A stretch of DNA of 64,000 nucleotides from the NCBI GenBank assembly GCA_965205215.1, contig OZ242041.1, forward strand, positions 1,696,001 through 1,760,000. The letters are read 5' to 3'. This DNA is from Nitrosopumilus sp. Its GTDB lineage: Archaea; Thermoproteota; Nitrososphaeria; Nitrososphaerales; Nitrosopumilaceae. Shown one piece after another: positions 8,060-18,745 of the stretch. A model generated the notes under the pieces. It saw nothing but the letters and a program-made list of their open reading frames with translations, was not told where the DNA came from and ran no database searches. Both the position numbers and the translations under genes were made by a program. Each line of letters begins with the position of its first letter. The stretch's first letter is position 1.

Positions 8060-11000
8060 TCACTCGATGAATATGGCAGGCTTGAACGGGCGGGCGTGGC
8101 GCGCCTTGGACTTTGGGTCGTAAATGCCAGGGTCGTCCTCCAGATACACGTCCGTCTTGGCCCCAAACGAGGCAGAGGCAATACCGGGCAGCTCGGATGC
8201 AAGGAATCTGAATTCTGAGAAGGGTTCTCGGCCGGTTGTGCCACCGGTATCGTTTGTAGTAACGTCATCATTGGAGCTGTCACCGTCGCTGTCACCAGTG
8301 GCGCCCGACGCGGCCAGCCGCGCCTCCCTTATTGTGACTGGATCGGACAGTATGTCGGTTATGGCCTTTTGTACATAATCCGGCATCTTTTTGGCATATG
8401 CGGCGCAGGGTCCCGACATGAGCCCGCCCATGACCTGCTTCATGGACGACTCCCCTCCGAGCACCGACTGCAGCACGTTCCGATATATGGCGCGCCTCGG
8501 GCTGCCGTCGCCTGACACGTACAGGATGACTCTGGAAGGGGTCATCTTTGTCACCTTTAGGATACTTGCAATGTCATCAAGCACTGACTTCAGCAGAGAC
8601 TCGGCCTGCAGCGCAGTGTGGTCGGCCGTCCCAAGGCCGGCATGTGCGGGCCACTCGTCCATGGCCCGCGCCTCACGCGAATAGCCGAGTGCATCGCGCA
8701 TCGACCCCGTCACGTGGGGTGCAAACGGCTGTAGCATGGTCACCCGGGATGTCATTACGGCATGCAGGACGCCGCGCGTATCTGATTCCGGGCGGCTCTT
8801 TGCAGCGGCCCTCCTGGCATGCCACTGCAGCACGGACTCGGTCTCAAACAGTACGAGATGCAGCGCCTCGCGGAGCCGCATCTTTTCCATCGACTCGCTT
8901 ACAGACGAGGTGATCTGCCGCATTCTGGACAGCAGCCATGCATCCTCTGGTGTCGGGGAGGTTCTCTGGAGGGCGCCCGCGCCGCCAGGGCCTGTCGCGT
9001 CCCCTACTCCGCCTCCTCCCCCTATGTCTCCCAGCCTGGCGCACTCTGCGTGCATCGCCTCAAGCTTGGAGCGCATCCCGTGCACGGACTCCATGTTAAA
9101 GTCCGCGTCCTGCAGCAGCTCTGCGGATATTATTATGGCAAGCCGTATGGGGTCGGCCCCGAACTCGCGTATGGCCTTGCGGAGCGGTATTATGTTTCCC
9201 ATGCTCTTTGACATTTTGGAGCCGTCCATGAGAACGGAGCCGTTCACCACTATGCCCCGGGGCCACATCTTCTGCGAGAATATTGCCACGTGGTTCAGCA
9301 CAAAGAACGTCAGGTGGTTCGGCACCAGGTCCCGGCCCGAGTGCCTGTAGTCGACGGGATAGAAATACTCGAACTCCCGGCGCATCGCCTCGAGCGCGTC
9401 GCCAGGGATTCCCGACTCTGAGCGCCACTTTGCCACTGCGGCATCCAGATTCCCGTCATGGTCGGCGCCAAACCGGGCGCCCGCGCCGCCGGCATCGCCA
9501 GCGTTCCGCCCCCGGCCCGCCATCACATACTCAAAGAACTCGGGCGTCATCTGCTCTGGGGTTACCGTCCCGTCGTTGACGAACCGGGATATTGTATAGT
9601 ACGCCATGTATATCACCGAGTCGGACAGGCTCTCTACAATCCAGCTGTCGTCCCACGGCAGCTTTGTGCCAAGCCCGTGCTGCCTTGCGCATGCGCGCTC
9701 GTGGAGCCAGTCCACCACGTGCGCGAACTCCTGCCGTATTTCGTCGGGAAGTATGTCCATCCCGTCGAGGCATTCGTGGGCGGCCTCCTTCCATTTGGGG
9801 TTGCCGTAGTTCAGGAACCACTGGTCGTTTAGAACCTTGACCACGCACTCAGAGCCGCACCTGCACCGCACGGGCGCGTCGGCAACCTCCAAGAATGTCT
9901 CTGCGCATCCGGAGTCGGCAAGCCACGCGCCCACCGCATCCTTGGCCTCCCTGACGGGCATGCCGCCGAACTGGGCAGTCGGGCCGTCCCTGCTCATCAC
10001 ACCCTCGTAGAACTCCTTGGAGTACAGCTCCTTGGTGGCGGGTTCCAGCCGGGGATCCGACTGTCCCGCGCAGTCGGGTATGGCAGACACGGCGTCTGCT
10101 GCCGGGACGTCCCCGTACCCGTCGGTGCGGATTATCGAGATTGGCAGGATGGAGGCCGCCGCGGCAGAAGACCCTTGCGGGACGCTGCCGTCGCCGTCGC
10201 GTCCGTCCCGGAGGTCTTGCAGCGCCTGCCAGTCGTATGGCGCGTGGGCGGGAACGGACATTACAATCCCGGTGCCCGTGCCGGGCTCTACGAATTTGGC
10301 CGGCAGTACGGGGATTCGGCGGCCCGGGCCGTCGTTGCGCGGTTGTTGCTGCTGCTGTTGTTGTTGTTGTGGAGGCATCAGCATCGGTTCCGATGCCATC
10401 TCCCCCACCAAGTCAGAGCCGGCAATCTCGCCCTCGTCACGTACGTCATATCCCAAAAATCCCAGCTTGTACGCGCACTCGGCGCTTACAATCCACTTTT
10501 CCGCCTTTGCTCCGTCATCTTCGCCGCCACCGTCCCTCGATACTGCAACCTTCCTGTATGGCGTGTCGGGATCAACCCACAGGTTTGTCACACCAAATAT
10601 GGTCTCCGGCCGCAGCGTTGCGACAGGCACCGTATAGTCGCCCACGGCAAACTTTATCATGACATATTCGGTGAACGCCGGCTCCACATCGCCCAGCGTG
10701 TCGTGCTGCGAGACGGGGTTCTGGTCCTTTGGGCACCACCCGACCGGATGCGAGCCCTGTATGATCAGGTCCAGCCTGCGGAGGGTCGAGATCTGCCACT
10801 CTACAAACTTGGAGTACGCCGGGTCTATGGTGGTAAACTCGCGCCTCCAGTCTATCGAGTAGCCCATCTCCTTCATGCCCATCTTGATCTCGTTGTGAAA
10901 GTAGCGCGCGATGGCAAGGGGGTCTGCAAACGTCTCTATGTCACGCTCCGGCACTCCGTAGATGTCGCGGAGGTTTCCGATCAGCTCCGCGTCCCCGTCC

Positions 11001-11314
11001 TGCACCCGCCGGGACATTCCGAGTATGGGGGTGCCCGTGTAGTGGAACCCCATGGGGAACAGCACGTTGTACCCCCTCAGGCGCCAAAAGCGGGCGTGTA
11101 CGTCGGCAAGCGTGTACGTCCTGCCGTGGCCTATGTGCTGCGGGGAGTTCGGGTAGGGGTACGCCACCGTGACGAACTTTTTTGGGCGCGAGTCGTCGGG
11201 TTCGGCCTCAAACGCCTTGGAGTCGGCCCATACCTCTTGGCATGCGGACTCGACTGACCGCCACCAGTCGGGGCCGTTCTTTCTGGGTGCAGTAGTAGTG
11301 GTGTCAGGAGCCAT
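8060..11314 (-). CDS. leuS: Leucine--tRNA ligase (archaeal type)
   Basis: HIGH, KMSKS, ATLRPET, GTGIVMSVPAHAPYD; several low-complexity insertions. Confidence 0.97.
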   Translation of the reverse strand: MAPDTTTTAPRKNGPDWWRSVESACQEVWADSKAFEAEPDDSRPKKFVTVAYPYPNSPQHIGHGRTYTLADVHARFWRLRGYNVLFPMGFHYTGTPILGMSRRVQDGDAELIGNLRDIYGVPERDIETFADPLAIARYFHNEIKMGMKEMGYSIDWRREFTTIDPAYSKFVEWQISTLRRLDLIIQGSHPVGWCPKDQNPVSQHDTLGDVEPAFTEYVMIKFAVGDYTVPVATLRPETIFGVTNLWVDPDTPYRKVAVSRDGGGEDDGAKAEKWIVSAECAYKLGFLGYDVRDEGEIAGSDLVGEMASEPMLMPPQQQQQQQQQPRNDGPGRRIPVLPAKFVEPGTGTGIVMSVPAHAPYDWQALQDLRDGRDGDGSVPQGSSAAAASILPISIIRTDGYGDVPAADAVSAIPDCAGQSDPRLEPATKELYSKEFYEGVMSRDGPTAQFGGMPVREAKDAVGAWLADSGCAETFLEVADAPVRCRCGSECVVKVLNDQWFLNYGNPKWKEAAHECLDGMDILPDEIRQEFAHVVDWLHERACARQHGLGTKLPWDDSWIVESLSDSVIYMAYYTISRFVNDGTVTPEQMTPEFFEYVMAGRGRNAGDAGGAGARFGADHDGNLDAAVAKWRSESGIPGDALEAMRREFEYFYPVDYRHSGRDLVPNHLTFFVLNHVAIFSQKMWPRGIVVNGSVLMDGSKMSKSMGNIIPLRKAIREFGADPIRLAIIISAELLQDADFNMESVHGMRSKLEAMHAECARLGDIGGGGGVGDATGPGGAGALQRTSPTPEDAWLLSRMRQITSSVSESMEKMRLREALHLVLFETESVLQWHARRAAAKSRPESDTRGVLHAVMTSRVTMLQPFAPHVTGSMRDALGYSREARAMDEWPAHAGLGTADHTALQAESLLKSVLDDIASILKVTKMTPSRVILYVSGDGSPRRAIYRNVLQSVLGGESSMKQVMGGLMSGPCAAYAKKMPDYVQKAITDILSDPVTIREARLAASGATGDSDGDSSNDDVTTNDTGGTTGREPFSEFRFLASELPGIASASFGAKTDVYLEDDPGIYDPKSKARHARPFKPAIFIE

Positions 11315-11453
11315 TCCGTACGATCCCCCGTCCAGATCCGCGTTTTATCACTGTAGTTGTGGCGCTCGGATCCGTCATTATTACCATTGCCATTGTCGTC
11401 ATTACCATTACACCTCAGTATAATGTCATCATTGCGGTCACCGTGGGCGGCGC

Positions 11454-14417
11454 TCACGGGTCACCGGTGACGGCCCCCGACAGCATGCCGCGTATGGCAG
11501 ACTCGGCGGCCCCGGCGGCCCCCTCGATGCGCGAGGTGTTCGTGCCGCCGCCCTGCGAGAACGCGGCGTCGTTACTGCTCGAGCCGCCCCCCAGGACGGC
11601 GGATGCGGCTGCCGCGATTTCAGAGGCGTTGATGCCGCGCGACACGGCGCCGGCCCCCGCATATGCAACGACGCGCACCGTGGGCCCCGCCGCAAAGAAT
11701 CCCACGTATGCAGAGTGCGGCATCTCCCTTGCCATCCTCTTGCCGAGGTTCGTGTGAAAGTGCTCGCCGCGTTCCGTGTCGCGCACCACGCACGCGACGA
11801 CGCGGTCATCTGCCCGCCCGACGGACGTGGATTCGGCGGATGTGTCATCGCGTCCGTCGGGCCGCCCATTTTGCGCGGGCCGTCCCACGAATACGCGCAC
11901 GCCCTCGGGCGCGTCTATCATAGTTATGCCGTTTGCGGCCGCGTCGCTCCCCGCGGCATCAGATATGGCGGCCGCAACCGCCTCGTTTACGGCGCGCATG
12001 ATGCCGGGTATCGCCTTGCGGGCCTCCTCCTTGCTCGAGTCGCGCCTGCGCCGGGTCTCCTCCCTAATGGCCGCGTCCCTTTGTTCCGCCTCTGCCGCGC
12101 GCCTCTGCTCGGCCTCGTACCGGTACGCGGCGTCCCCGGACACGAACTCAAGCCTCACCACGCCGTCCTGTATGCGCTTTGTGCGCGTTATCCTGATCTT
12201 CTTGATGCGCCCCGTCTCCGGCACGTGCGTCCCGCCGCACGCCTCTATGTCCACGTCGGATATCGACACGATCCGGACCGCCTTGACGGGAACGACACCT
12301 CCCTGGTATATGCTGAACCCGTACCTCTGCTCGGCCTCGCCGCGCTCCATGTAGTTGATGGAGACCGGCAGGTTGTCAGACACCATCGCGTTGGCCGCGT
12401 CCTCTATATCCTGCACCTGCTGCCCGGAGAGCGGCGAGTGGTGCGTGATGTCAAGCCGGGCGTGGTCCACATCCTTGAATGCAGAGTGCTGCCACACCCA
12501 CGAGCCCAGTATGCGGCGCGAAGACGCGTTGAGTATGTGCGTGGACGTATGGTGCTTGGTGATGGCGTCGCGCCGGGCCGAGTCAACCACGCACTTGACG
12601 CGGCGGCCTGCATTTGGAGCGGGGGTGGCGGATGCTGCTGCCGCTGCTGCGACTGTTGTTGTCGTTGTCATAGTTTCACCTCCGTCGTCGTCGCCGCCGC
12701 CGCCTTCAAGCACGTGCAGTATTACGCCCGCGTGGTTTTGGACGTCTGCCACTGCGCGGCCGTCTATAGTGCCGTGGTCCGGCTCCTGCCCCCCGCCGCG
12801 CGCGTAAAACGAGGTGCGGTCTAGCGCCACCACGTTCCCGCGCGACCACAGCACGGCGGCCTCAAACTCGCGCGGATCGTCGCCGTAATACAGCAGCTCC
12901 GTGTCCGGGATTCCGTCCGGGACATCTGCGGCGGCGGCATCGTCCCTGGCGCCCCTCTCCGACTGGTGCAGCTCCGATATGCGGGAGTAAAAGTCCGACG
13001 GCACCTCGGATATGACGCCCTGTTCGACGAGATACTCGGGCGTTATCCCGTCAGAGTCGTACAGCACGACAAGGGCCTCCGCGTCGGGAGGGCCCCCGCG
13101 CCTCTGCACCTTTGCGACCTTTTTCTGCATCGTGGAGCGTGACTCGGCGTACCGCCCCGTCTCGATGCGCAGTATCTGCTTTATGTCGTCGCGCTTGGAG
13201 TCCAGCTCCGGGTATGTCCCGCGCAGATAGTCGATGTGTGCGTCCACCAGGCGGTCCAGATCGGCCGCGTCCGACGCGCCGAGCCTGCGTATGCGCTCGC
13301 CTATCCGGCGTATCATCATGCGCAGGTTGTACCCCCCGCCCACGTTGCTTGGGAGGGCCCCGTCGGATATCGCAAATATCAGGGTGCGCACGTGGTCGGC
13401 GATCATGTAAGAGTCCTCGAGGGGCTCTATCACCCGCGAGGCCTCGCGGTCGGATATGCCGGCCCCCCGCATGGCGCGCCTCCTCACGTCCCAGAGATCA
13501 TCGTACTTGTCAAGCGTCTTTGCAACCTCCGTGTAGTACCTCCCGAGCATCCCGGGATCCGCGTCCGAAATCCCGAGCGCGTCCCGTATCATGGCGTCGA
13601 CCCCGCCAAAGCAGCAGTCGTATGAGGTGGGAGTCCCCATGGTGATCCATGCAAGCCGCTCCAGTCCCGCCCCCATGTCTATTATGCGCCTATCAAGGGT
13701 GGTGTGGCGCCCAAGCTCGCCCTGAAACTCGGTAAACACCGCGTTTCCAAGCTCAAGCCCCCTGACAAAATACTCGAGGGACGGCCCAAACGAGCCGCCG
13801 CCGGCCCACACGTCCTCGACGAATACGATCTCCTCCGGCGCGATGCCGAACGGCCCCGTGAGCATGCCATAGTCGAGGCGGATGCACTCGTCCTTCCAGT
13901 ATCCGCCGTCCATGTCCGGCACGCTGTGCTGGCCCACCATGCAGAAGCTGGAAAAGTGCCTGCCCGTAACCCCCACGTTCTCCAGATCCTTGAACCGCAG
14001 GCAGGTCTGCGGCACCACGAGCGGGTTTGCCGGAAACTCGAACACCACCTTGGAGCCCATCACCCGCTGAAAGTCCACGATCGACGCTATCGTAAAGTAG
14101 AGGTCGTCGCGCCAGCGGCACACCACGGGGTATCTTCCGATTGCGGCGTGCCCGTTGCCCTCAAAGTATGCGCGTACCTGCTCCCAGGCCTGGGCATAGT
14201 CGAACCTGCGCGCGGTCGGGGGATCTCCTATAAACGAGTACGTGTCGGTGGCGTCGTCGGGGCACCGTGTGCGCGACGCGTCAAGCGTCCAGAAGAACCT
14301 GCCGCACACGTCACACGGCACGCGTGCAAAGCCGGCGTCTGCGAACAGCTCCACGGCGTAGTACCTGCCAGGCTCGGAGGAGAACTCTCTTAGAATCTCG
14401 GCCTTTTTGCCATCCAA
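11454..14417 (-). CDS. alaS: Alanine--tRNA ligase
   Basis: N-terminal CxxC..FWT, QTCLRFKD, IDMGAGLER, editing motifs HTSTH and CGGTH, C-terminal QGGG. Confidence 0.97.
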   Translation of the reverse strand: MDGKKAEILREFSSEPGRYYAVELFADAGFARVPCDVCGRFFWTLDASRTRCPDDATDTYSFIGDPPTARRFDYAQAWEQVRAYFEGNGHAAIGRYPVVCRWRDDLYFTIASIVDFQRVMGSKVVFEFPANPLVVPQTCLRFKDLENVGVTGRHFSSFCMVGQHSVPDMDGGYWKDECIRLDYGMLTGPFGIAPEEIVFVEDVWAGGGSFGPSLEYFVRGLELGNAVFTEFQGELGRHTTLDRRIIDMGAGLERLAWITMGTPTSYDCCFGGVDAMIRDALGISDADPGMLGRYYTEVAKTLDKYDDLWDVRRRAMRGAGISDREASRVIEPLEDSYMIADHVRTLIFAISDGALPSNVGGGYNLRMMIRRIGERIRRLGASDAADLDRLVDAHIDYLRGTYPELDSKRDDIKQILRIETGRYAESRSTMQKKVAKVQRRGGPPDAEALVVLYDSDGITPEYLVEQGVISEVPSDFYSRISELHQSERGARDDAAAADVPDGIPDTELLYYGDDPREFEAAVLWSRGNVVALDRTSFYARGGGQEPDHGTIDGRAVADVQNHAGVILHVLEGGGGDDDGGETMTTTTTVAAAAAASATPAPNAGRRVKCVVDSARRDAITKHHTSTHILNASSRRILGSWVWQHSAFKDVDHARLDITHHSPLSGQQVQDIEDAANAMVSDNLPVSINYMERGEAEQRYGFSIYQGGVVPVKAVRIVSISDVDIEACGGTHVPETGRIKKIRITRTKRIQDGVVRLEFVSGDAAYRYEAEQRRAAEAEQRDAAIREETRRRRDSSKEEARKAIPGIMRAVNEAVAAAISDAAGSDAAANGITMIDAPEGVRVFVGRPAQNGRPDGRDDTSAESTSVGRADDRVVACVVRDTERGEHFHTNLGKRMAREMPHSAYVGFFAAGPTVRVVAYAGAGAVSRGINASEIAAAASAVLGGGSSSNDAAFSQGGGTNTSRIEGAAGAAESAIRGMLSGAVTGDP

Positions 14418-14566
14418 TATCTCAGTTGCCGCCGCCCTGTATTAATACCGTCAATTTGCAGGCACGTGTCGGCAGCGTGAGCCGGCAACGACATTGCTGC
14501 AAGGCCGCGGGCAGCGCGCCGTACCAATTGCCATCATTAGATCATCGCCAGCTGTAGCGGCATACG

Positions 14567-14616
14567 CAACAGCGGCAGGCACACAACAGCGGCAGGCACA
14601 CAACAGCGGCAGGCAC
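14567..14616. repeat. 17-bp tandem repeat, ~2.9 copies
   Basis: CAACAGCGGCAGGCACA at 14567, 14584 and 14601. Confidence 0.9.
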
Positions 14617-14688
14617 GCAGCACCGGCGGTAGCCGAGTGCCTGATCTGTGCCCGTACGCCAAGTCGGGTGCGTATTCTCAAATTTTAA

Positions 14689-15225
14689 ATGTCCAACAGG
14701 CGCAGCAGAGTCATGTTCGGCAAGGGTCCAAAAAAGCTCGAGGAGGGCACAAACATATTCTCAGTCAGGCAGAACGGCGAGTTCAAGGACTTTGTGGTCG
14801 GGACGGTCACCGGCATGGACGGCCGCAGGGTGGGCATCAACGGGATCATAGTCAACCCGGTGGGCCTCAAGAACAAGCTTGCGCAGGGCAAGACGGGCGA
14901 GCGCTCAAGGGAGATACTCACGAACCCGACCCCCGACAACATAGTACTGGCGCTCATCTACAGGGTCGAGTACGAGACCTTCAACGAGATACTGAACCTT
15001 GACGAGGACAAGTGCGACATCATACCCCCGCGCATATACCTGATGCTTGACGGGTGGGTCCGCGAGTTTCTGCCAGAACTCCTCAACAAGGTGCTCTCGC
15101 TGCCGCCCGGCCCCGAGAGGGACGAGGCAAAGCGCGTGCTAAAGCACCGCATGGACACCCTGACTGACAAGCATCTAAAGCGCACCCTGTACTCTGTATG
15201 CAGGAGCCTGAAGATACTCAACTGA
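14689..15225 (+). CDS. Hypothetical protein
   Basis: 178-aa ORF with typical codon usage. Confidence 0.75.
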   Translation: MSNRRSRVMFGKGPKKLEEGTNIFSVRQNGEFKDFVVGTVTGMDGRRVGINGIIVNPVGLKNKLAQGKTGERSREILTNPTPDNIVLALIYRVEYETFNEILNLDEDKCDIIPPRIYLMLDGWVREFLPELLNKVLSLPPGPERDEAKRVLKHRMDTLTDKHLKRTLYSVCRSLKILN

Positions 15226-15287
15226 CTCCCCCCTCCCCCGAGCCGCCCTCTATAATTTTATATAGCGTCCTCCGACGCCCCACACAC

Positions 15288-15602
15288 ATGGAATACGTCT
15301 ATGCGGCATTGCTTCTTCACAAGCTCCAAAAGGATGTAAGCGAGGAGAACGTCAGCTCTGTCATAAAGGCGTCGGGCGCAGAGGTCAACGAGGCGCAGGT
15401 AAAGTCCCTAGTGGCCGCCCTGGCAGACGTCGACATTGACGAGGCCGTAAAGGCAGCCCCGGTCGCGGCAGTTGCGGCTGCACCTGCTGCGGGAGCGGCA
15501 GACGCAGGCGAGGCAGCCGAAGCCCCCAAGGAAGAGGAGAAAAAGGAAGAGGGCAAGACCGAAGAGGCCGCCATGGAAGGACTCTCATCACTCTTCGGAT
15601 GA
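15288..15602 (+). CDS. rpl12: 50S ribosomal protein L12 (aP1)
   Basis: [11 protein letters not shown]... with acidic tail ending GLSSLFG; TATA TTTATA upstream. Confidence 0.97.
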   Translation: MEYVYAALLLHKLQKDVSEENVSSVIKASGAEVNEAQVKSLVAALADVDIDEAVKAAPVAAVAAAPAAGAADAGEAAEAPKEEEKKEEGKTEEAAMEGLSSLFG

Positions 15603-15717
15603 CGACAGCCACAAACACACTCATTTATCACAATCTAACGGCGCGTGGGGCCGTTTCACAGGCGCGCAGGCCTGCCTCATCAGCATCCTTAAAGTCTGGA
15701 CGCACCCATGACGTGCA

Positions 15718-16155
15718 ATGCCTGCAGGTGGCAAGGGCGGGGCAAGAAGATGGATACTCTCAGTGGCGCCCAGCATGTGGCGCGCGATAGAGAGAAACGG
15801 AGCGTACGCGACCGCGTCGGTGCCGGAGATCTCCAAGATAAGGAGAGGAGACCTCATCGCGTTCTACGTGCTTGGCACCGGCAGGTTCAACGGCATATTC
15901 GAGGTTTCAGGAAAATGGCACGAACCCACGTGCAGGTGGCCCGTCCGCGTTACGGACGAGGCGTGCATGAGGAGTATCAGGACGGGGACCGCGACCATAC
16001 GGGGCATGCTGCCGTCGCTGCACCTTGCAAAAAAGAGCAGGTGGGTCGGGCTGCACCTGCACGGCGGACTCGCAAACTACGGCAGGCCCATATCCGCGTC
16101 GGACTACAGGACGATATCAGAGCACATGAGAAGGAATCCCCGACTGGCAGTGTGA
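15718..16155 (+). CDS. EVE-domain (PUA-like) protein
   Basis: WILSV...KIRRGDLIAFYV...FNGIFEV...WPVRV...PISASDYRTI pattern. Confidence 0.7.
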   Translation: MPAGGKGGARRWILSVAPSMWRAIERNGAYATASVPEISKIRRGDLIAFYVLGTGRFNGIFEVSGKWHEPTCRWPVRVTDEACMRSIRTGTATIRGMLPSLHLAKKSRWVGLHLHGGLANYGRPISASDYRTISEHMRRNPRLAV

Positions 16156-16256
16156 CCGTCGTATAGGAGAGGGAGAAGGGGAAGGGGAAGAGGTGGAACG
16201 GATATGCGTAAGGTCGGCAGGAATGCAGGCGTCCGGCACTAGAACCAACGGCGGCT

Positions 16257-17123
16257 CTACTGTGGTTCGTACCCTTCTGCGCTCTGCGCGAGGGCCCTTG
16301 CCCGGGCGTCGGCCCTCTGCAGCACCTGCTCCCGGGTCTCATCTGTGAGATATCCGGACTCGACTGACAGTGAGCGCGCATGCTGCGAGGCCTTTGCAAG
16401 TATCTGCGTGACGTTCTCCGGAGTCACATAGGCCGCCTCCACTGACAGCGAGAGCGCCTCCTGGTGCGCCGCAATTACAGAGTCGCGGAACGCCTCCACG
16501 TCTATCGTCAGGTCGTCTTCGGCGTATACCAGTCCGTCCTCGAGCGCCGCGTAAAGCGATATGCCGGCCTCCACGGGCTTTATGTCAAGCTTGCCCAGTA
16601 TGGACGCAAGCTTGTCGTTTATCACCTCGCCCTTGTGCACGGGCGTCGTGTCCTTTGATATCCATATCGTGCCCTGGTCTATCTTTGTGGGTATGCCGGC
16701 CTCCTTGAACTCCGTAAGCATTGGACCGGGCGCGATCCCCGTATTCATCTCGGGCACCACCACGTCCATGCTGGAGGTGTCCCCGCCGCGTGCGGCCATC
16801 ATTATCTTGTTCTTGCCGAGCAGCATGTTGAGGCGGAAAGGCGACATGTCGGTGAACATCAGCATGCACTGGCCCACGAGCTCCTTTGCAATCCCGGCAA
16901 TCCCGGGTATGTCGAGCCCCTGGAGCGCCTTTTTTGCCACCCTGTCCTTTATGTTCACAAACAGCACGTCGTCCTTGAGTGTCTTGCGCAGCGGCAGTAT
17001 CTGCGCCCCCCGCACCTTGTCAAGCTTTACGAGCGCCAGCACCCTGTATCTCTTCGGAAGGCTCTGGAGCTGCTGATACATCTGCGTCTTCTTTGGCGAG
17101 TATGTGGTCCTGTTCTCATGCAA
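16257..17123 (-). CDS. rpl10: 50S ribosomal protein L10 (P0)
   Basis: NTGIAPGP, GIPTKIDQGTI, LGKLDIKP. Confidence 0.95.
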   Translation of the reverse strand: MHENRTTYSPKKTQMYQQLQSLPKRYRVLALVKLDKVRGAQILPLRKTLKDDVLFVNIKDRVAKKALQGLDIPGIAGIAKELVGQCMLMFTDMSPFRLNMLLGKNKIMMAARGGDTSSMDVVVPEMNTGIAPGPMLTEFKEAGIPTKIDQGTIWISKDTTPVHKGEVINDKLASILGKLDIKPVEAGISLYAALEDGLVYAEDDLTIDVEAFRDSVIAAHQEALSLSVEAAYVTPENVTQILAKASQHARSLSVESGYLTDETREQVLQRADARARALAQSAEGYEPQ

Positions 17124-17784
17124 ATCTCTTCTTGACCTCCTGTACCTGTTTGACCGGCTTGCCCATCGAGGTCTTTACCATCACGCGCTTTATGTTCTTC
17201 TCCCCGTTTGGAAGCTTTCGCTCTATTGCACCCAGCACGGCATGGGCGTTTACTGCCAGGTCTTCGTCGCTCATGGTCTCGTCCCCAATCTTGCACGATA
17301 TCGAGAGCGACGCGCGCGTTCTCACCCTGATCGACGATCTGAACCTCTCAAGAAACGACTCGATGGGAGCGTTGAACGGGACCGGGGTCGGCATCTTTCC
17401 GCGGGGCCCGAGCAGCTGGCCCAGGGCCTTTCCGACGGCGGGCATCATCTGCGTGTCGGCAAGGAAAAAGTCGTACTTGTTGATGAACTTGCGCGACTCG
17501 CGCTTGTTTGCAGCAAAGCCGTCAAGCTCGTCGCCGCCCACTACCGCGTCGGCGTTTGCCTGCTTGGCCTTTTGGCCCATGTCGCCCCCCGCTATCACGC
17601 AGACCGACGCAGGGGAGCTGGTCTTTGGCAGCTGCACGGTCTCGTTTATCGCGAACCCCTTTTTGACATCTATGTCCTTGAATGCGACTACAAGCTCCAC
17701 GGACTGGGTAAAGTTGCGCTTCTTCTGCCCCTCGGGCTCCTTTGCGCCCTTTATCAAATCGGCAAGCTGCGCCTCGGCAATCAT
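17116..17784 (-). CDS. rpl1: 50S ribosomal protein L1
   Basis: KRNFTQSVEL, LGPRGKMPTP, KTSMGKP. Confidence 0.97.
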   Translation of the reverse strand: MIAEAQLADLIKGAKEPEGQKKRNFTQSVELVVAFKDIDVKKGFAINETVQLPKTSSPASVCVIAGGDMGQKAKQANADAVVGGDELDGFAANKRESRKFINKYDFFLADTQMMPAVGKALGQLLGPRGKMPTPVPFNAPIESFLERFRSSIRVRTRASLSISCKIGDETMSDEDLAVNAHAVLGAIERKLPNGEKNIKRVMVKTSMGKPVKQVQEVKKRFA

Positions 17785-17888
17785 TACGCAACGCCTGATA
17801 TGGTGCCTATTTAAAACCGTTTACGGACTGCCAGTCCACCCGTTGTTGTCGTCGCCGGCGCCGCGTCGCTCCATGGCGCGCCCCGGCA

Positions 17889-18422
17889 TCAGTCCCGCGA
17901 GTCCAGCGTGGTGTGCACGCCTCCTTCCGCCCTCTGACATTCGTCATCCTCCCACTCCGGCACGATCCACACGTCGTCACCCACCTCCTCGCCGCAGTAC
18001 GCCGCGTACCCCATCACGTCCCTGCCCGAGTATGACGACTTTCTGAACGCCGCGGCCACCCGGATGTCGGACGCGTACCTACCCAGTTTCCGCACCACGC
18101 CGCGCATCGTATCGCCGGTCTCAAGCACGTCGTCGACGACCAGCATGCGGTACGCGCCTCTCCGCGGCATCCTGATCTCGTCTACGCGTACCGCATGCAG
18201 GACGTTTCCGGAATCGCCGTATTTTGACGCCTTTACCCGCGCCAGCTCAGCAGGCGTCTCACACGCAGTGTTGACGTGCGCCAAGGCCATGCCGGCCGGC
18301 ACGCGCCCGCCGCGCTCCACGGACACTATGACGTCAGGCTCCCACCCGTCGGCCAGCACCTCTGTCATCACGGCATGCATGATCTCGTCCACGTCCGCAT
18401 ACGACCTTGTCTCATATCTCAT
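17889..18422 (-). CDS. Type I phosphoribosyltransferase
   Basis: SVERGG and PRPP loop LVVDDVLETGDT; ATG 18422 chosen. Confidence 0.85.
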   Translation of the reverse strand: MRYETRSYADVDEIMHAVMTEVLADGWEPDVIVSVERGGRVPAGMALAHVNTACETPAELARVKASKYGDSGNVLHAVRVDEIRMPRRGAYRMLVVDDVLETGDTMRGVVRKLGRYASDIRVAAAFRKSSYSGRDVMGYAAYCGEEVGDDVWIVPEWEDDECQRAEGGVHTTLDSRD

Positions 18423-18745
18423 ACCAACGCGTCCACCCCACCATGTAAAACCGTTGGCCGTGACGATTATGGGCCTCCGGGATCCGATCTGGGCGGGGGG
18501 GGTGAGCAGAGTCGGTAGTGCCATGGACAGGACGGTTCCAGGCCGCGGCCCTCGAACCGCCGCATGCATCTCCGGAGGCGGCTCGACAACTAGCAGGCAT
18601 GCCACCTGCCCGCTCCCGCCGGCCCGGCGCAGAGAATCGGCCGCGGGAGGATAAAAACGGCAGTCACTTCCTTGTTACGCATCCGGGCAGCGGCACGATC
18701 CCGCACGTCCAATAGGTTTATTCCACATCAAGAATTCAGAACGGC

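Noticed and set aside
18470-18580. Inverted repeat GCCTCCGG/CCGGAGGC with a G8 run
   Set aside because: Short GC-rich pairing is compatible with chance, with no further support.
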